A DNA stretch of 62,351 bases, taken from Chitinophagales bacterium. GTDB taxonomy: Bacteria > Bacteroidota > Bacteroidia > Chitinophagales > BACL12. The position numbers were made by a program, and so were the translations under genes. The stretch covers positions 1-62,351 of the forward strand of contig JBJXHH010000004.1 in the NCBI GenBank assembly GCA_046160675.1, written 5' to 3'. Positions 45,002 through 55,320 of this stretch are shown here, in pieces (position 1 is the first letter of the stretch; each line of letters begins with the position of its first letter). The notes under the pieces are model-generated. The model was not told the origin of the DNA. It searched no databases and saw nothing but the letters and a program-made list of their open reading frames with translations.

Positions 45002-47203
45002 ATGCAAGCGGCAACAGACATTTCATTGAGGGAATCATTACAGGAATATTTCGGCTTTGATAATTTTAAAGGGGATCAGGAAGAAATTATTACAAGCCTG
45101 ATGACGGGCAATGATACATTTGTTATCATGCCTACAGGCGGGGGAAAATCTCTGTGCTACCAACTACCTGCAGTGTTAAGTGAAGGAACAGCGATCATCA
45201 TTTCGCCACTCATCGCTTTGATGAAAAACCAGGTGGATCTTGTTCGAAGTTATTCCAGCAATAATGACATTGCACATTTTTTAAACTCAACACTGAACAG
45301 GCAGACGATTAAAAAAGTAAAAGCTGATATTACGGCCGGAAAAACAAAAATGCTGTATGTAGCTCCTGAAACATTGAAGAAAGAAGAGAACATTGAATTT
45401 TTCAAAGGGATAAAAATTTCATTCATTGCGGTAGATGAAGCGCATTGTATCTCAGAATGGGGACATGATTTTCGTCCAGAATATCGCCAGATCAAAAATA
45501 TGATTGATACGATCAATGAACGTATTCCAATCATTGCATTAACCGCAACCGCAACACCGAAAGTACAAAGTGACATTAAAAAGAACCTTGGGCTGAATGA
45601 TCCGAATATTTTCATCTCATCCTTTAATCGCCCGAATTTATATTATGAAATCCGCCCTAAACGAACAAGAGATTTTGCCATCAAACAAATTGTAAAATAC
45701 ATAAAAGAGAATGGAAAGAAAAGCGGTATCGTATATTGCCTGAACAGAAAGTCCACCGAAGACATTGCTAAGGTTTTAAACATCAACGGAATTAAAGCCG
45801 GCGCCTATCATGCAGGGATGGAAGCAGCCGACAGAACTGATGTACAAGACAGATTTTTGATGGAAGATTATCAGGTGATAGTTGCCACTATCGCTTTCGG
45901 CATGGGGATTGACAAACCTGATGTTCGATTTGTCATTCATTTTGACATTCCTAAATCCATAGAAAATTATTACCAGGAAACGGGAAGAGGCGGAAGAGAT
46001 GGATTAGAAGGTAGATGTATCGCATTCTATTCTTACAAAGACATTGAAAAACTTGAAAAATTCATGCGGGACAAACCCCTCTCTGAACGGGAGATGGGAG
46101 CACAACTGCTTGCAGAAACAGCCGCATATTCTGAAGCAAGTGTTTGCAGAAGAAGGTTTCTCCTGCATTATTTCGGTGAAGAATACCCAAAAGATAACTG
46201 CGGAAGTTGCGACAACTGTTTGAAACCAAAAGAAAGGATAGAAGGAAAAGATTTTTTACAGAAAGCGGTGAAAACTGTTTCTGCAGTAAATGAAAACTAT
46301 GCCATCCCCTATCTTGTAGATATGCTGATAGGCAAGCACTCAACAGAAATAAAAAATTACAGGCATGATAATCTTGATGTGTTCGGAATCGGAAAAGATA
46401 AAGACGATCATTTTTGGAATTCAATTTTGCGCCAATGTTTGCTTAATCATTTAGTATATAAAGACATTGAACAATACGGTTTGATTAAACTTACAGCTGA
46501 AGGGAAAAAATTTATAGATAAGCCGAAAAGCATGATGATTTCCCTGAATCATGACTATGAAACCGATACCAGTGATGTAGAATTAGAAAACAGCGGCGGC
46601 AAGAGTGTACTTGATCCGGAATTGTTCGCCCTTCTAGCATCCATTAGGGATAGAATTGCAAAAGAACAAAAACTGCCACCCTATGTAATTTTCAGCGAAA
46701 ACAGCCTTGAAGAAATGGCAACTATGTATCCTACTACCTTGGAGGAACTGGTAAAAATTTCAGGTGTGAGCAAAGGCAAAGCTGAAAAATTCGGAGAGAA
46801 GATTATAGAAGAGATTTCCCGCTACGTAGAAGAAAACGAAATTGAAAAACCTTCTGAGTTTGTAATGAAACAGGTGGCTAATAAATCCGTTCATAAAATT
46901 CATATCATTCAGAATATTGATAAAAAACTTCCCTTGGATGAAATTGCCAGGATGCGGAACATGAAGTTCATAGAGTTAATTGACGAAATTGAGACCATCG
47001 TTTCAAGCGGAACAAAACTCAACCTTGACTATTATTTGAATGATATTATTGAAGAAGACATCCAGGATGAAGTATTTGATTACTTCCGAGGAACTACTGA
47101 ATTTGACAAGAACAAGGCTTTTAATGAACTGAAAGATGAGGGCCTGAGCGCTGAAGAAATACAGTTACTACATGTGAAATTTTTAAGCGAAGTAGCCAAT
47201 TAA
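45002..47203 (+). CDS. recQ: ATP-dependent DNA helicase RecQ
   Basis: Helicase motifs MPTGGGKSLCYQLPA, DEAHCISEWGHDFRPEY, LTATAT, IAFGMGIDKPDVRFV. Zn-binding CGSCDNC. HRDC-like region. Confidence 0.95.
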   Translation: MQAATDISLRESLQEYFGFDNFKGDQEEIITSLMTGNDTFVIMPTGGGKSLCYQLPAVLSEGTAIIISPLIALMKNQVDLVRSYSSNNDIAHFLNSTLNRQTIKKVKADITAGKTKMLYVAPETLKKEENIEFFKGIKISFIAVDEAHCISEWGHDFRPEYRQIKNMIDTINERIPIIALTATATPKVQSDIKKNLGLNDPNIFISSFNRPNLYYEIRPKRTRDFAIKQIVKYIKENGKKSGIVYCLNRKSTEDIAKVLNINGIKAGAYHAGMEAADRTDVQDRFLMEDYQVIVATIAFGMGIDKPDVRFVIHFDIPKSIENYYQETGRGGRDGLEGRCIAFYSYKDIEKLEKFMRDKPLSEREMGAQLLAETAAYSEASVCRRRFLLHYFGEEYPKDNCGSCDNCLKPKERIEGKDFLQKAVKTVSAVNENYAIPYLVDMLIGKHSTEIKNYRHDNLDVFGIGKDKDDHFWNSILRQCLLNHLVYKDIEQYGLIKLTAEGKKFIDKPKSMMISLNHDYETDTSDVELENSGGKSVLDPELFALLASIRDRIAKEQKLPPYVIFSENSLEEMATMYPTTLEELVKISGVSKGKAEKFGEKIIEEISRYVEENEIEKPSEFVMKQVANKSVHKIHIIQNIDKKLPLDEIARMRNMKFIELIDEIETIVSSGTKLNLDYYLNDIIEEDIQDEVFDYFRGTTEFDKNKAFNELKDEGLSAEEIQLLHVKFLSEVAN

Positions 47204-47315
47204 CTAAAAGGGATTTGTCAATGCGTAATGAGTTCATAGTAGCAACTTTCAACTTTGAATCCGTCTGCTGCGCTTCAGCCTATAGATTGTATACGGGCTT
47301 TTAACCAAACTATTC

Positions 47316-48089
47316 ATGGAACAGAAAACTTTTGAAATAAAACTTCCCCAGTTTGAAGGACCTTTCGATCTTTTGTTATTTTTTATCGAAAGAGATGAAT
47401 TGGACATTCACAATATTCCCATCTCTAATATCACCAAAGATTTTCTTGATTATATCCATGGAATGAGCCAGTTGAACATTGAAGTTGCAAGTGAGTTTAT
47501 TCTTGTGGCAGCAACTCTAATGCGCATTAAAGCGAAAATGTTGTTGCCAAGAAAAGAACTGGACGAATTTGGGAATGAGATTGACCCCAGAAAAGAGTTG
47601 GTTGACAGGTTGCTTGAATATAAACGTTTCAAGGAAGTGGTAGGGCAGCTCGAAAACCTGGAGCAAGAACGGCAATTAAAAATGCACCGGGGAAACTTTG
47701 CTATTGAGCATGAATTTCTTGCAAAACGTTATAGCAACGAGATGGAACTCAGCACCGTAAATTTATTTACATTATTAAAGGTGTTTGAAAAAGTGATGGA
47801 ACGTTACCGCAACCAACCGCATATTGAAGAGCATGTTGTGCAACAATTTAATTACACAATTGAAGATGAAGGGAAAAGTGTGTTGGCATTTTGCAAGCTC
47901 AGAGGGAAGTCTGCTTTCGCTGATGTTTTTTCCACTTGCCGGGATAAGTTCCAGGCGGTGTTTCGTTTTCTTTCTTTGTTAGATTTAATACAGGCTCAAA
48001 AGATTCAACTTCTTATTGGAGAAGGAATGAATAATTTCTGGATAAATTTGTCAGAAGGTCTCGAGCAAGAGACCCCGAAACATGATTGA
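47316..48089 (+). CDS. scpA: segregation and condensation protein A
   Basis: LPQFEGPFDLLLFFIERDELDIHNIPISNITKDFLDY is the characteristic ScpA N-terminus. Confidence 0.9.
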   Translation: MEQKTFEIKLPQFEGPFDLLLFFIERDELDIHNIPISNITKDFLDYIHGMSQLNIEVASEFILVAATLMRIKAKMLLPRKELDEFGNEIDPRKELVDRLLEYKRFKEVVGQLENLEQERQLKMHRGNFAIEHEFLAKRYSNEMELSTVNLFTLLKVFEKVMERYRNQPHIEEHVVQQFNYTIEDEGKSVLAFCKLRGKSAFADVFSTCRDKFQAVFRFLSLLDLIQAQKIQLLIGEGMNNFWINLSEGLEQETPKHD

Positions 48090-49185
48090 ACCACCTGCAA
48101 ACCCTGAGATTGAAGATAAAAAAACTGCTGAGGAAATTAGTCAGCAATTCTCCTATTCCAGAATCATCATCATTGTTATCCTCACCCTTGCACTTTCCGG
48201 GTATTTAATTTATTCTTCCTGGAACAAAGACGCTTTTAATAAAATTACATGGACAAGCCAATCAGGATTCTGGATCTTGTGCGGGTTTATTTTAATTGTA
48301 TTCCGGCATATAGGTTACATGTATCGCCTCAGGCTTATTACTGATAACAAATTAAACTGGTGGCAGAGTTTTCATGTTATCACACTATGGGAATTTTCAT
48401 CTGCAGTAACACCATCAACCGTAGGCGGTGCTGCAGTTGCAATTTATTTTTTGAAAAAAGAAAAGCTTAGCCTGGGCAAAAGTGCTACTACCAGCATGCT
48501 CACTATTTTCCTTGACCAGGTGTTTCTTGCTGTTGCCGGAATTTTATTTTTTGTGATATTGGGCGGGGCAAAGATGTTCGCTTCTGATGCTGCCTGCCGC
48601 AGCCAGAGCGACTTGCCTTTGATGGGTATGTTTCATAATATGCAAACTGTTTACTTTGTTGGATATGTTATTTTTTTGATGATTATCTTACTGCTTGCTT
48701 ACGGATTATTTATCAATGCAAGATCATTGAAGGGTTTCATAACTTCTGTATTTAACATCCCCTTCCTGAAAAAATGGAAGCAGGATGCAATACAAACAGG
48801 TGATGATATTATTCTGGCTTCAGAGGAACTACAAACAAAAGACAAGCGGTTCTGGCGCAACGCCTTCATTTCAACCACCTTTACCTGGGTTTCATTTTTT
48901 TTGATCCCGTTTTGTATCATCATGGCATTTTTCCATCCAACACTCGCCGACATGCCTGTAATTTTTTCCCGAATGTTTGCTATCTGGATGATCATGCTTT
49001 TACCCATTTCTCCCGGTGGTGCCGGAGTTGCTGAACTTACCTTTAGCGCAATGATGTGTGATTTTACTGATCCCGCCCTGGTGGCAACTTTAGCTTTAGT
49101 CTGGAGGCTCATCTCCTATTTTCCCTATTTAATAGCGGGAGTATTTATCCTGCCGAGGTGGGTGAACCGAGTATACAGAAAATAA
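48082..49185 (+). CDS. lysylphosphatidylglycerol-synthase-TM-type (UPF0104, flippase-like) integral membrane protein
   Basis: About 8 TM helices. P-x-GGAGV-E motif near the C-terminus (ISPGGAGVAELTF). ATG overlaps the scpA stop (ATGATTGA). Confidence 0.75.
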   Translation: MIEPPANPEIEDKKTAEEISQQFSYSRIIIIVILTLALSGYLIYSSWNKDAFNKITWTSQSGFWILCGFILIVFRHIGYMYRLRLITDNKLNWWQSFHVITLWEFSSAVTPSTVGGAAVAIYFLKKEKLSLGKSATTSMLTIFLDQVFLAVAGILFFVILGGAKMFASDAACRSQSDLPLMGMFHNMQTVYFVGYVIFLMIILLLAYGLFINARSLKGFITSVFNIPFLKKWKQDAIQTGDDIILASEELQTKDKRFWRNAFISTTFTWVSFFLIPFCIIMAFFHPTLADMPVIFSRMFAIWMIMLLPISPGGAGVAELTFSAMMCDFTDPALVATLALVWRLISYFPYLIAGVFILPRWVNRVYRK

Positions 49186-49198
49186 TCTTTGATCGCTA

Positions 49199-50191
49199 CT
49201 ATGCTATAGTCAGCATTTTCGTATCGTTAAATACTCCGTCCGTGTTTTCAACTTTCAAATGATATACATAATTGCTTCTTGTAATTCCGAGTTTACTAAA
49301 ATTAATAGAAATTTGATGATCACCCGGTTTAAGGGATGTATCTAAAAGAGTTGCAATTTTTTTACCGGAAATATCCCAGAGAAATAAAGAAACTTTTGAT
49401 TCTTTTTTTAATGTAAAAGGAATTGTTGTTTCTTCAGCACAAGGGTTAGGCATATTTTGATTCAATATAAATTGTTTTGCATTTTGCATTTCTTCATATC
49501 CGACCCCAACTGTTCCGCTTCCTTTCACAGTTACTTCTAAATAAGCATCATACCCCCCTGTTGTTGCATTTTCAGTAACATCACATATTTGATATTCATA
49601 TCCACCGGATACAAAAATGCCATCATCATCCGGAGTAAGCGGGTCAGGGCCGTCTGTATAAATATCTGCATGCGCCTCATAAACAGCCATTTTTTGTTCC
49701 TGGTTATAAGTAAGCTGAGAAATAGCGGCATAAGAAGAACTCACATACACCTGGAAATGAATATGACAAACCCTTCCCGGGTACCAACCTGGAAAAATTG
49801 TGATGAATTCAACATCGCCGTTTGCGTCAGTTATTTGATAACCTCTTAAATATGTCAGCCCCGTTTCAGTTCCGTATCCTGAATAATTTCCGTCTTTATC
49901 GCAATGCCAGATGTTTACCCGAACATTCTGCATGGGCACACAATCATCTTCCCCAATGATCTTCATTTTCATATTTAACTGAACTCCTGCCCTGTCCTCC
50001 CTTACGTCATTTCGGAAATAGAATTCATTGTCAGTTAAATCAAGAGGGAAAGGTCCTGCTGTTTCTGATGGGATGAGAACACATTCCCCTGAGATCTTTT
50101 GAGCATTACCAGCCAATACTTTTTGTGTAGATGGTATGATTGAAGCAACGCCAAGCAAACTTGCAGATTTTAAGAATTCTCTTTTATTCAT
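49199..50191 (-). CDS. intradiol ring-cleavage dioxygenase-like protein with Tat-like signal peptide and T9SS type A CTD
   Basis: N-terminus MNKREFLKSASLLGVASI. CVLIPSETAGPFPL and GRVCHIHFQV are typical of secreted intradiol dioxygenase-like proteins. C-terminal NMPNPCAEETTIPF...LWDISGKKI...GDHQISINFSKL... reads as a type A CTD. Confidence 0.75.
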   Translation of the reverse strand: MNKREFLKSASLLGVASIIPSTQKVLAGNAQKISGECVLIPSETAGPFPLDLTDNEFYFRNDVREDRAGVQLNMKMKIIGEDDCVPMQNVRVNIWHCDKDGNYSGYGTETGLTYLRGYQITDANGDVEFITIFPGWYPGRVCHIHFQVYVSSSYAAISQLTYNQEQKMAVYEAHADIYTDGPDPLTPDDDGIFVSGGYEYQICDVTENATTGGYDAYLEVTVKGSGTVGVGYEEMQNAKQFILNQNMPNPCAEETTIPFTLKKESKVSLFLWDISGKKIATLLDTSLKPGDHQISINFSKLGITRSNYVYHLKVENTDGVFNDTKMLTIA

Positions 50192-50219
50192 TGTTAAGTT
50201 TTTATAATGAGTAATGAAC

Positions 50220-50227
50220 CAAAGATA
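50220..50227 (-). promoter_or_regulatory. -7 promoter box for the dioxygenase-like gene
   Basis: Minus strand TATCTTTG, 28 nt upstream of ATG 50191. Confidence 0.45.
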
Positions 50228-50286
50228 ACTCTGCTATGAAAAAAGGAATGAAAGGAAATAGAGATTTAAGCCATTGTTTTGTAATA

Positions 50287-51474
50287 TTATTTTATTACCC
50301 CCAACTCCTTACCCACTTTAGTAAATGCAGCTATGGCTTTATCAAGATGGTGCATTTCGTGTGCTGCTGAGATTTGAACTCTGATTCTCGCCTGCCCTTT
50401 CGGTACAACAGGAAAATAAAAACCGATCACATAGATTCCTTCCTCTAATAATTTTGTTGCCATTGTTTGTGAAAGCACAGCATCATATAGCATGATAGGA
50501 ACGATAGGGTGTTCGCCCGGTTTTATATCAAAACCGGCGTCATTAATTTTTGTACGAAAGTATTTTGTGTTGTTTTCTAATTTATCTCTTAATTCTGTGG
50601 TTTCGCTTAACAAATCAAACACAGCAATGCTTGCTCCTGTGATAGATGGTGCAAGTGTATTTGAAAATAAATAGGGCCTTGATCTTTGCCGCAAAATATC
50701 AATGATCTCTTTCCTTCCGGAAGTAAATCCGCCGCTTGCGCCACCCAATGCTTTGCCAAGTGTACCGGTTATGATATCAATCTTACCTATCACATTTCTA
50801 TATTCATGTGTTCCTCTCCCGGTCTTTCCTAAAAATCCGCTTGCATGACATTCGTCAATCATAATTAACGCATTATACTTTTCAGCCAGTGCAACAATTT
50901 TATCCAATTGCGCTATAGTCCCGTCCATGCTGAACACCCCGTCAGTCACAATAATTCTGCTACGCAGGTTTTGTGTCTCTTGTAATTTATTTTCCAGGTC
51001 AGCCATGTTATTGTGTTCATACCTATATCGTTGCGCTTTACATAATCGTACACCGTCAATGATACTTGCATGGTTCAATGCGTCAGAAATAATTGCATCT
51101 TCTTCATTAAATAAAGGCTCAAATACTCCGCCGTTAGCATCAAATGCTGCTGCATACAAAATTGTATCTTCTGTTCCGAGAAAATCGGCGATCTTTTTTT
51201 CGAGTTCTATATGAATATCCTGTGTGCCGCAAATAAATCGTACCGAACTCATCCCGTAACCATGGCTGTCAATTGCTTTTTTTGCTGCTTCTATTACCTT
51301 GGGGTGAGATGAAAGCCCGAGATAGTTGTTTGCACAGAAATTAATTACTTTTTTGCCTCCGGCGATAGTAATATCTGCTGCCTGTGGTGATGTAATGATG
51401 CGTTCATTTTTATAAAGACCTGCTTCCTGAATTTCTGCAAGTTCCTTTTGCAGGCGATTTTGAATGCTGAACAT
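50287..51474 (-). CDS. kbl: glycine C-acetyltransferase (2-amino-3-ketobutyrate CoA ligase)
   Basis: Kbl/AONS family sequence ([22 protein letters not shown]). Start taken at ATG 51474 ([12 protein letters not shown]...). The listed 34-aa extension would overlap the upstream gene. Confidence 0.9.
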   Translation of the reverse strand: MFSIQNRLQKELAEIQEAGLYKNERIITSPQAADITIAGGKKVINFCANNYLGLSSHPKVIEAAKKAIDSHGYGMSSVRFICGTQDIHIELEKKIADFLGTEDTILYAAAFDANGGVFEPLFNEEDAIISDALNHASIIDGVRLCKAQRYRYEHNNMADLENKLQETQNLRSRIIVTDGVFSMDGTIAQLDKIVALAEKYNALIMIDECHASGFLGKTGRGTHEYRNVIGKIDIITGTLGKALGGASGGFTSGRKEIIDILRQRSRPYLFSNTLAPSITGASIAVFDLLSETTELRDKLENNTKYFRTKINDAGFDIKPGEHPIVPIMLYDAVLSQTMATKLLEEGIYVIGFYFPVVPKGQARIRVQISAAHEMHHLDKAIAAFTKVGKELGVIK

Positions 51475-51523
51475 TGATGAAATTTTTTGTGAAGATAAAA
51501 TGAAACAAATGAATTGTGAGAAA

Positions 51524-52648
51524 TTAATAATCAATGACCTGTTCCTCAATCTCGGCAGGGATTTCTCTTTCTTCATATTGCTGGTTTCTTAGCTGGGATT
51601 CAAATCCGGCTTCATGAATAGCTTCCTGTATGGTTTTGTATGTAAACCGATGCGGCGCACCGGCAGCGCTAACTACATTTTCTTCAATCATAATGCTTCC
51701 GAAATCATTTGCACCTGCATGCAAACAAATTTGTGCAACATTTTTTCCAACTGTGAGCCAACTTGCCTGAATGTTTTCAACGTTCGGTAAAAAAATCCTG
51801 CTCATCGTTATCATGCGAATATATTCATCAGGTGTAGTATCGTTTTTAGCCCGGCGTATTTTTTTAAGTGTTGTATCAACATCCTGGAACGTCCATGGAA
51901 TAAATGCAAGGAACCCTTTTGCATCAGCAGGTTTTTCTGATTGCACTTGCCGGATTTTTTCAAGATGAATAAATCTTTCCTCAATTGTTTCAATATGCCC
52001 GAACATCATGGTTGCGCTGGTGGTAAGATGAAGTTTATGCGCCGCCCGCATCACATCCAGCCATTCATCGCTTAAACATTTTCCTGTAGAAATAATTTTT
52101 CTCACACGGTCAACTAAAATTTCGGCGCCCGCTCCCGGTAAACTATCTAAGCCCGCTTTCATGAGTTCTGTTAAAACGTATTCATAAGAATAATTTCCAA
52201 GAGTAGCGATATGATGAATTTCAGGGGGTCCGAGTGAATGCAATTTAATTTGCGGGAACATTTCTTTTATATCCCGAAAAGTTTTCACATAAAAATCCAG
52301 CCCAAGCTCTGGATGATGGCCCCCTTGTAACAATAATTGTTCGCCACCGTAACGGATGGTTTCTTCAATTTTTTTCCTATACGTTTCTTTATCAGTAATA
52401 TAACCTTCAGCATGCCCGGGCACACGATAAAAGTTGCAGAATTTACAATTCGCCACACAAATATTCGTTGTGTTCACATTGCGGTCAATGATCCATGTAA
52501 CTACGTTTCCGGGTTTTTTCTGTTTTCGAAGTGTGTCTGCAACTTCCATCAATTCAGGAGTTGGCGCATGCTCAAATAGATACATTCCTTCCTCAACGGA
52601 AAGGAATTCTGAGTTGAGGGCTTTTTGATAAAGTGCAGATAACATCAT
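51524..52648 (-). CDS. radical SAM enzyme of the CofH/MqnC/MqnE family (futalosine menaquinone pathway)
   Basis: Cluster motif [12 protein letters not shown] and overall MqnC/MqnE-like length and layout. I cannot distinguish MqnC from MqnE by eye. Confidence 0.75.
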   Translation of the reverse strand: MMLSALYQKALNSEFLSVEEGMYLFEHAPTPELMEVADTLRKQKKPGNVVTWIIDRNVNTTNICVANCKFCNFYRVPGHAEGYITDKETYRKKIEETIRYGGEQLLLQGGHHPELGLDFYVKTFRDIKEMFPQIKLHSLGPPEIHHIATLGNYSYEYVLTELMKAGLDSLPGAGAEILVDRVRKIISTGKCLSDEWLDVMRAAHKLHLTTSATMMFGHIETIEERFIHLEKIRQVQSEKPADAKGFLAFIPWTFQDVDTTLKKIRRAKNDTTPDEYIRMITMSRIFLPNVENIQASWLTVGKNVAQICLHAGANDFGSIMIEENVVSAAGAPHRFTYKTIQEAIHEAGFESQLRNQQYEEREIPAEIEEQVIDY

Positions 52649-52666
52649 GAATCGCTGTAATTCGGC

Positions 52667-52674
52667 TATTTTTG
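52667..52674 (+). promoter_or_regulatory. -7 promoter box for the M16 peptidase pair
   Basis: TATTTTTG, 39 nt upstream of ATG 52714. Confidence 0.45.
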
Positions 52675-52679
52675 CAGAA

Positions 52680-52687
52680 CAAATTTA
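52680..52687 (-). promoter_or_regulatory. -7 promoter box for the mqn-like/kbl genes
   Basis: Minus strand TAAATTTG, 31 nt upstream of ATG 52648. Back-to-back with the plus-strand box. Confidence 0.45.
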
Positions 52688-52713
52688 AAACAAGATACTT
52701 TCTATTTTAGTTT

Positions 52714-53952
52714 ATGATTGAATATCAAAAATTTTTCCTTGACAACGGTCTTACTGTTCTAATTAATGAAGATTTTACAACACAACTTGTAGCCGTTGAT
52801 GTTTTGTATAAGGTGGGCGCAAGGGATGAAGAAAAGAACAGAACCGGCTTTGCACACTTATTTGAGCATCTTATGTTTGGGGGTAGTAAAAATATCCCAC
52901 AGTTTGATACCCCCTTACAGCTTGCAGGTGGAACAAACAATGCTTTCACCACAAATGACCTAACAAATTATTACGATGTACTGCCTGTAGAAAATATTGA
53001 AACAGCGCTTTGGTTAGAAAGCGACAGGATGATGCAGTTAGATTTTTCTGAGAAGACGCTGGGTATACAACGCAATGTTGTCTGTGAGGAATTTAAAGAA
53101 CATTACATTAACCGCCCTTACGGCGACCTGTGGCATAAACTCCGCAAAGTAGTGTATCAAAATCATCCCTATCAGTGGCCGACAATCGGATTGGAGTTAA
53201 AACATATTCAGGAGGCGCAATTGAGTGATGTAGAAAATTTTTTCTATACTTACTATCGACCTGGAAATGCCATTCTGAGTATTAGCGGAGCAATAAAAAC
53301 TGATGTTGTATTAAATCTTGCAAAAAAATGGTTCGGGGAAATAGATAAAGGAAAAGAATTGATAAAAAATATTCCGCTGGAGCCGGAACAAACCGAAGCA
53401 AGATTCAGCGAAGTGAAAGCAACCGTTCCGGTAAACCTTATGTATAAAGTATGGCATATGCCCGGCAGGGTTGACCAAAATTATTATGTTGCAAATATTT
53501 TAGGGGATATTTTAGGAAATGGTGAGTCTTCAAGATTGTTTCAGAAATTAAAGAAGGAAAAAAAATTATTCACCGATGTTGGGGTTTACAACGCAGGAAG
53601 TATTGATAAAGGGATGTTCATAATTTCCGGTAAGCTAAGCGATGGGGTAACTTATGATGCTGCCGAGAGTGGAATTTTGGAAGAGATTGAAAAAATTGTA
53701 TCAAAAAAGGTAACTGAGACTGAGCTACAGCGGGTAAAGAACATGATAGAGATGGATATTTCTGAAAGCTACACGGGCATATTAAACAAAGCACAGGGAC
53801 TTGCGATATGCGAAATGCTGGAAGACGCCAGTATCATAAACACAGAGATGGAGCGTTTTGCAAACGTTACATTAGAAGATGTTTTATACTCGGCACAAAC
53901 AATTTTAAAACCTGAAAAATGCAACACCCTCTATTACAGTAAAAATAATTGA
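52714..53952 (+). CDS. M16 family (pitrilysin/insulinase) zinc peptidase, catalytic subunit
   Basis: Inverted zinc motif HxxEH present (GFAHLFEHLMFGGS). Confidence 0.9.
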   Translation: MIEYQKFFLDNGLTVLINEDFTTQLVAVDVLYKVGARDEEKNRTGFAHLFEHLMFGGSKNIPQFDTPLQLAGGTNNAFTTNDLTNYYDVLPVENIETALWLESDRMMQLDFSEKTLGIQRNVVCEEFKEHYINRPYGDLWHKLRKVVYQNHPYQWPTIGLELKHIQEAQLSDVENFFYTYYRPGNAILSISGAIKTDVVLNLAKKWFGEIDKGKELIKNIPLEPEQTEARFSEVKATVPVNLMYKVWHMPGRVDQNYYVANILGDILGNGESSRLFQKLKKEKKLFTDVGVYNAGSIDKGMFIISGKLSDGVTYDAAESGILEEIEKIVSKKVTETELQRVKNMIEMDISESYTGILNKAQGLAICEMLEDASIINTEMERFANVTLEDVLYSAQTILKPEKCNTLYYSKNN

Positions 53953-53962
53953 TAAGAGCAAG

Positions 53963-55264
53963 ATGATAAATAGAATTGTGCAACCCGATCTGAAGACGAT
54001 TGAAAAGGTAAGTATTAACAACTTCAAAACTTTTTACCTCGACAATACTGTACCTGTGTATGTTGCAGATGGTGTAGAAGAAGATCTTTTGCGTATAGAA
54101 ATGCGCTTTCCCGCCGGGCGTTGGTATGAAGCATCAGCAGGGCAAAGCCATGCTGTATCTGCATTAATGAAGAAAGGAACAAAAGGAAAAACAGCTCTGC
54201 AAATTGCGGAGGCTGTGGAGTTCTACGGTGCTCAGCTTGATACAAGTTCCGGAAATGATACAACCTCTCTCAGTTTATATTGCTTGGGAAAACATCTCCC
54301 GCATGTGTTGCCTATTGTTGCAGAAATATTAAACGATGCTGTTTTTCCGGATGATGAGATTGTTTTATATAAAGAAAGAAAGAAACAACGTTTTCTTATC
54401 AACTCACAAAACACCGACTTTCATGCCGGAAGAATGTTTTCTGAAGTATTATTCGGCAAACAACATCCCTATGGATATAGTTTGCAGTTAAGCGATATAG
54501 ATGAACTGGAAAGAAGCCAGGTTCAGAAATTTTATAATGAACATTATTCCATTGGCAACACAAAAATATTTGTGAGTGGCAATGTGAAAGAAGAAGTAAT
54601 AGGAATGTTAAATGCAGAGTTTGGGAAATATGAAAAGAAAAAAATTCCTATTGCTGCATCAGATAAGTCTCTGCATGCAGGCAAAGAAAAAGAATATTAT
54701 CATGAGTTATCCCAATCTGTTCAATCCTCTGTTCGTATTGGATGTATTTCTATTCCAAAAGATCACCCTGATTATCCGGAGGTTAATGTTTTAAACACCG
54801 TGTTTGGCGGGTATTTCGGTTCCCGGTTAATGAGTAATATTAGAGAAGATAAAGGTTTTACATACGGCATTCATTCCTACATCGCACATCTTGATCATGC
54901 AAGTTATTTCTCTATTGATATGGAAACCGGCAATGAAGTTTGTAAGGCTGCAATAGCTGAAGTGTATAAAGAAATGGATCTGTTAAGAAAAATGCTTATC
55001 CGTGAAGATGAACTTACAACCGTAAAAAATTATATGCTCGGCAGCTTGTTGCGGGCAACTGATGGTCCGTTTAATCGCATCAATGTGATAAGAAACATTG
55101 TGTTAAGCGGGCTTGATTTCAGTTATTTCCAAGACCTTGTAAAGGGGATTCAAACAATTACACCTGAAAGGTTGAGAGACCTAGCAAATATTTATCTCAT
55201 ACCTGAAAATATGAGAGAAGTGATTTGCGGCAATCTTTCCGCTGTAAGCATCATGGAAAAGTAA
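53963..55264 (+). CDS. M16 family peptidase-like protein, non-catalytic partner
   Basis: M16-like length and layout but no HxxEH motif. Located 10 nt downstream of the catalytic M16 gene. Confidence 0.8.
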   Translation: MINRIVQPDLKTIEKVSINNFKTFYLDNTVPVYVADGVEEDLLRIEMRFPAGRWYEASAGQSHAVSALMKKGTKGKTALQIAEAVEFYGAQLDTSSGNDTTSLSLYCLGKHLPHVLPIVAEILNDAVFPDDEIVLYKERKKQRFLINSQNTDFHAGRMFSEVLFGKQHPYGYSLQLSDIDELERSQVQKFYNEHYSIGNTKIFVSGNVKEEVIGMLNAEFGKYEKKKIPIAASDKSLHAGKEKEYYHELSQSVQSSVRIGCISIPKDHPDYPEVNVLNTVFGGYFGSRLMSNIREDKGFTYGIHSYIAHLDHASYFSIDMETGNEVCKAAIAEVYKEMDLLRKMLIREDELTTVKNYMLGSLLRATDGPFNRINVIRNIVLSGLDFSYFQDLVKGIQTITPERLRDLANIYLIPENMREVICGNLSAVSIMEK

Positions 55265-55302
55265 TTTTACAGTTTTAAAAATAGCAGTTGGCTTTTCTTC
55301 GT

Positions 55303-55310
55303 TAACTTTG
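55303..55310 (+). promoter_or_regulatory. -7 promoter box for the 589-aa T9SS type B protein gene
   Basis: TAACTTTG, ending 10 nt before the TTG start at 55321. Confidence 0.4.
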
Positions 55311-55320
55311 ATATAACTTT

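Noticed and set aside
47204-47315. The intergenic region after recQ, checked for SRP RNA, tRNA or a terminator.
   Set aside because: It contains no SRP-like GGAAGCAGC core, no cloverleaf, and only a 4-bp hairpin.
51475-51576. A 34-aa N-terminal extension of kbl that overlaps the upstream radical SAM gene.
   Set aside because: The extension is not Kbl-like. ATG 51474 ([12 protein letters not shown]) matches the usual Kbl N-terminus and removes the 53-nt overlap.
50287-52648. The idea that kbl and the Mqn-like radical SAM gene form a functional unit.
   Set aside because: There is no known biochemical connection. Co-orientation with a 49-nt gap is common in this compact genome.
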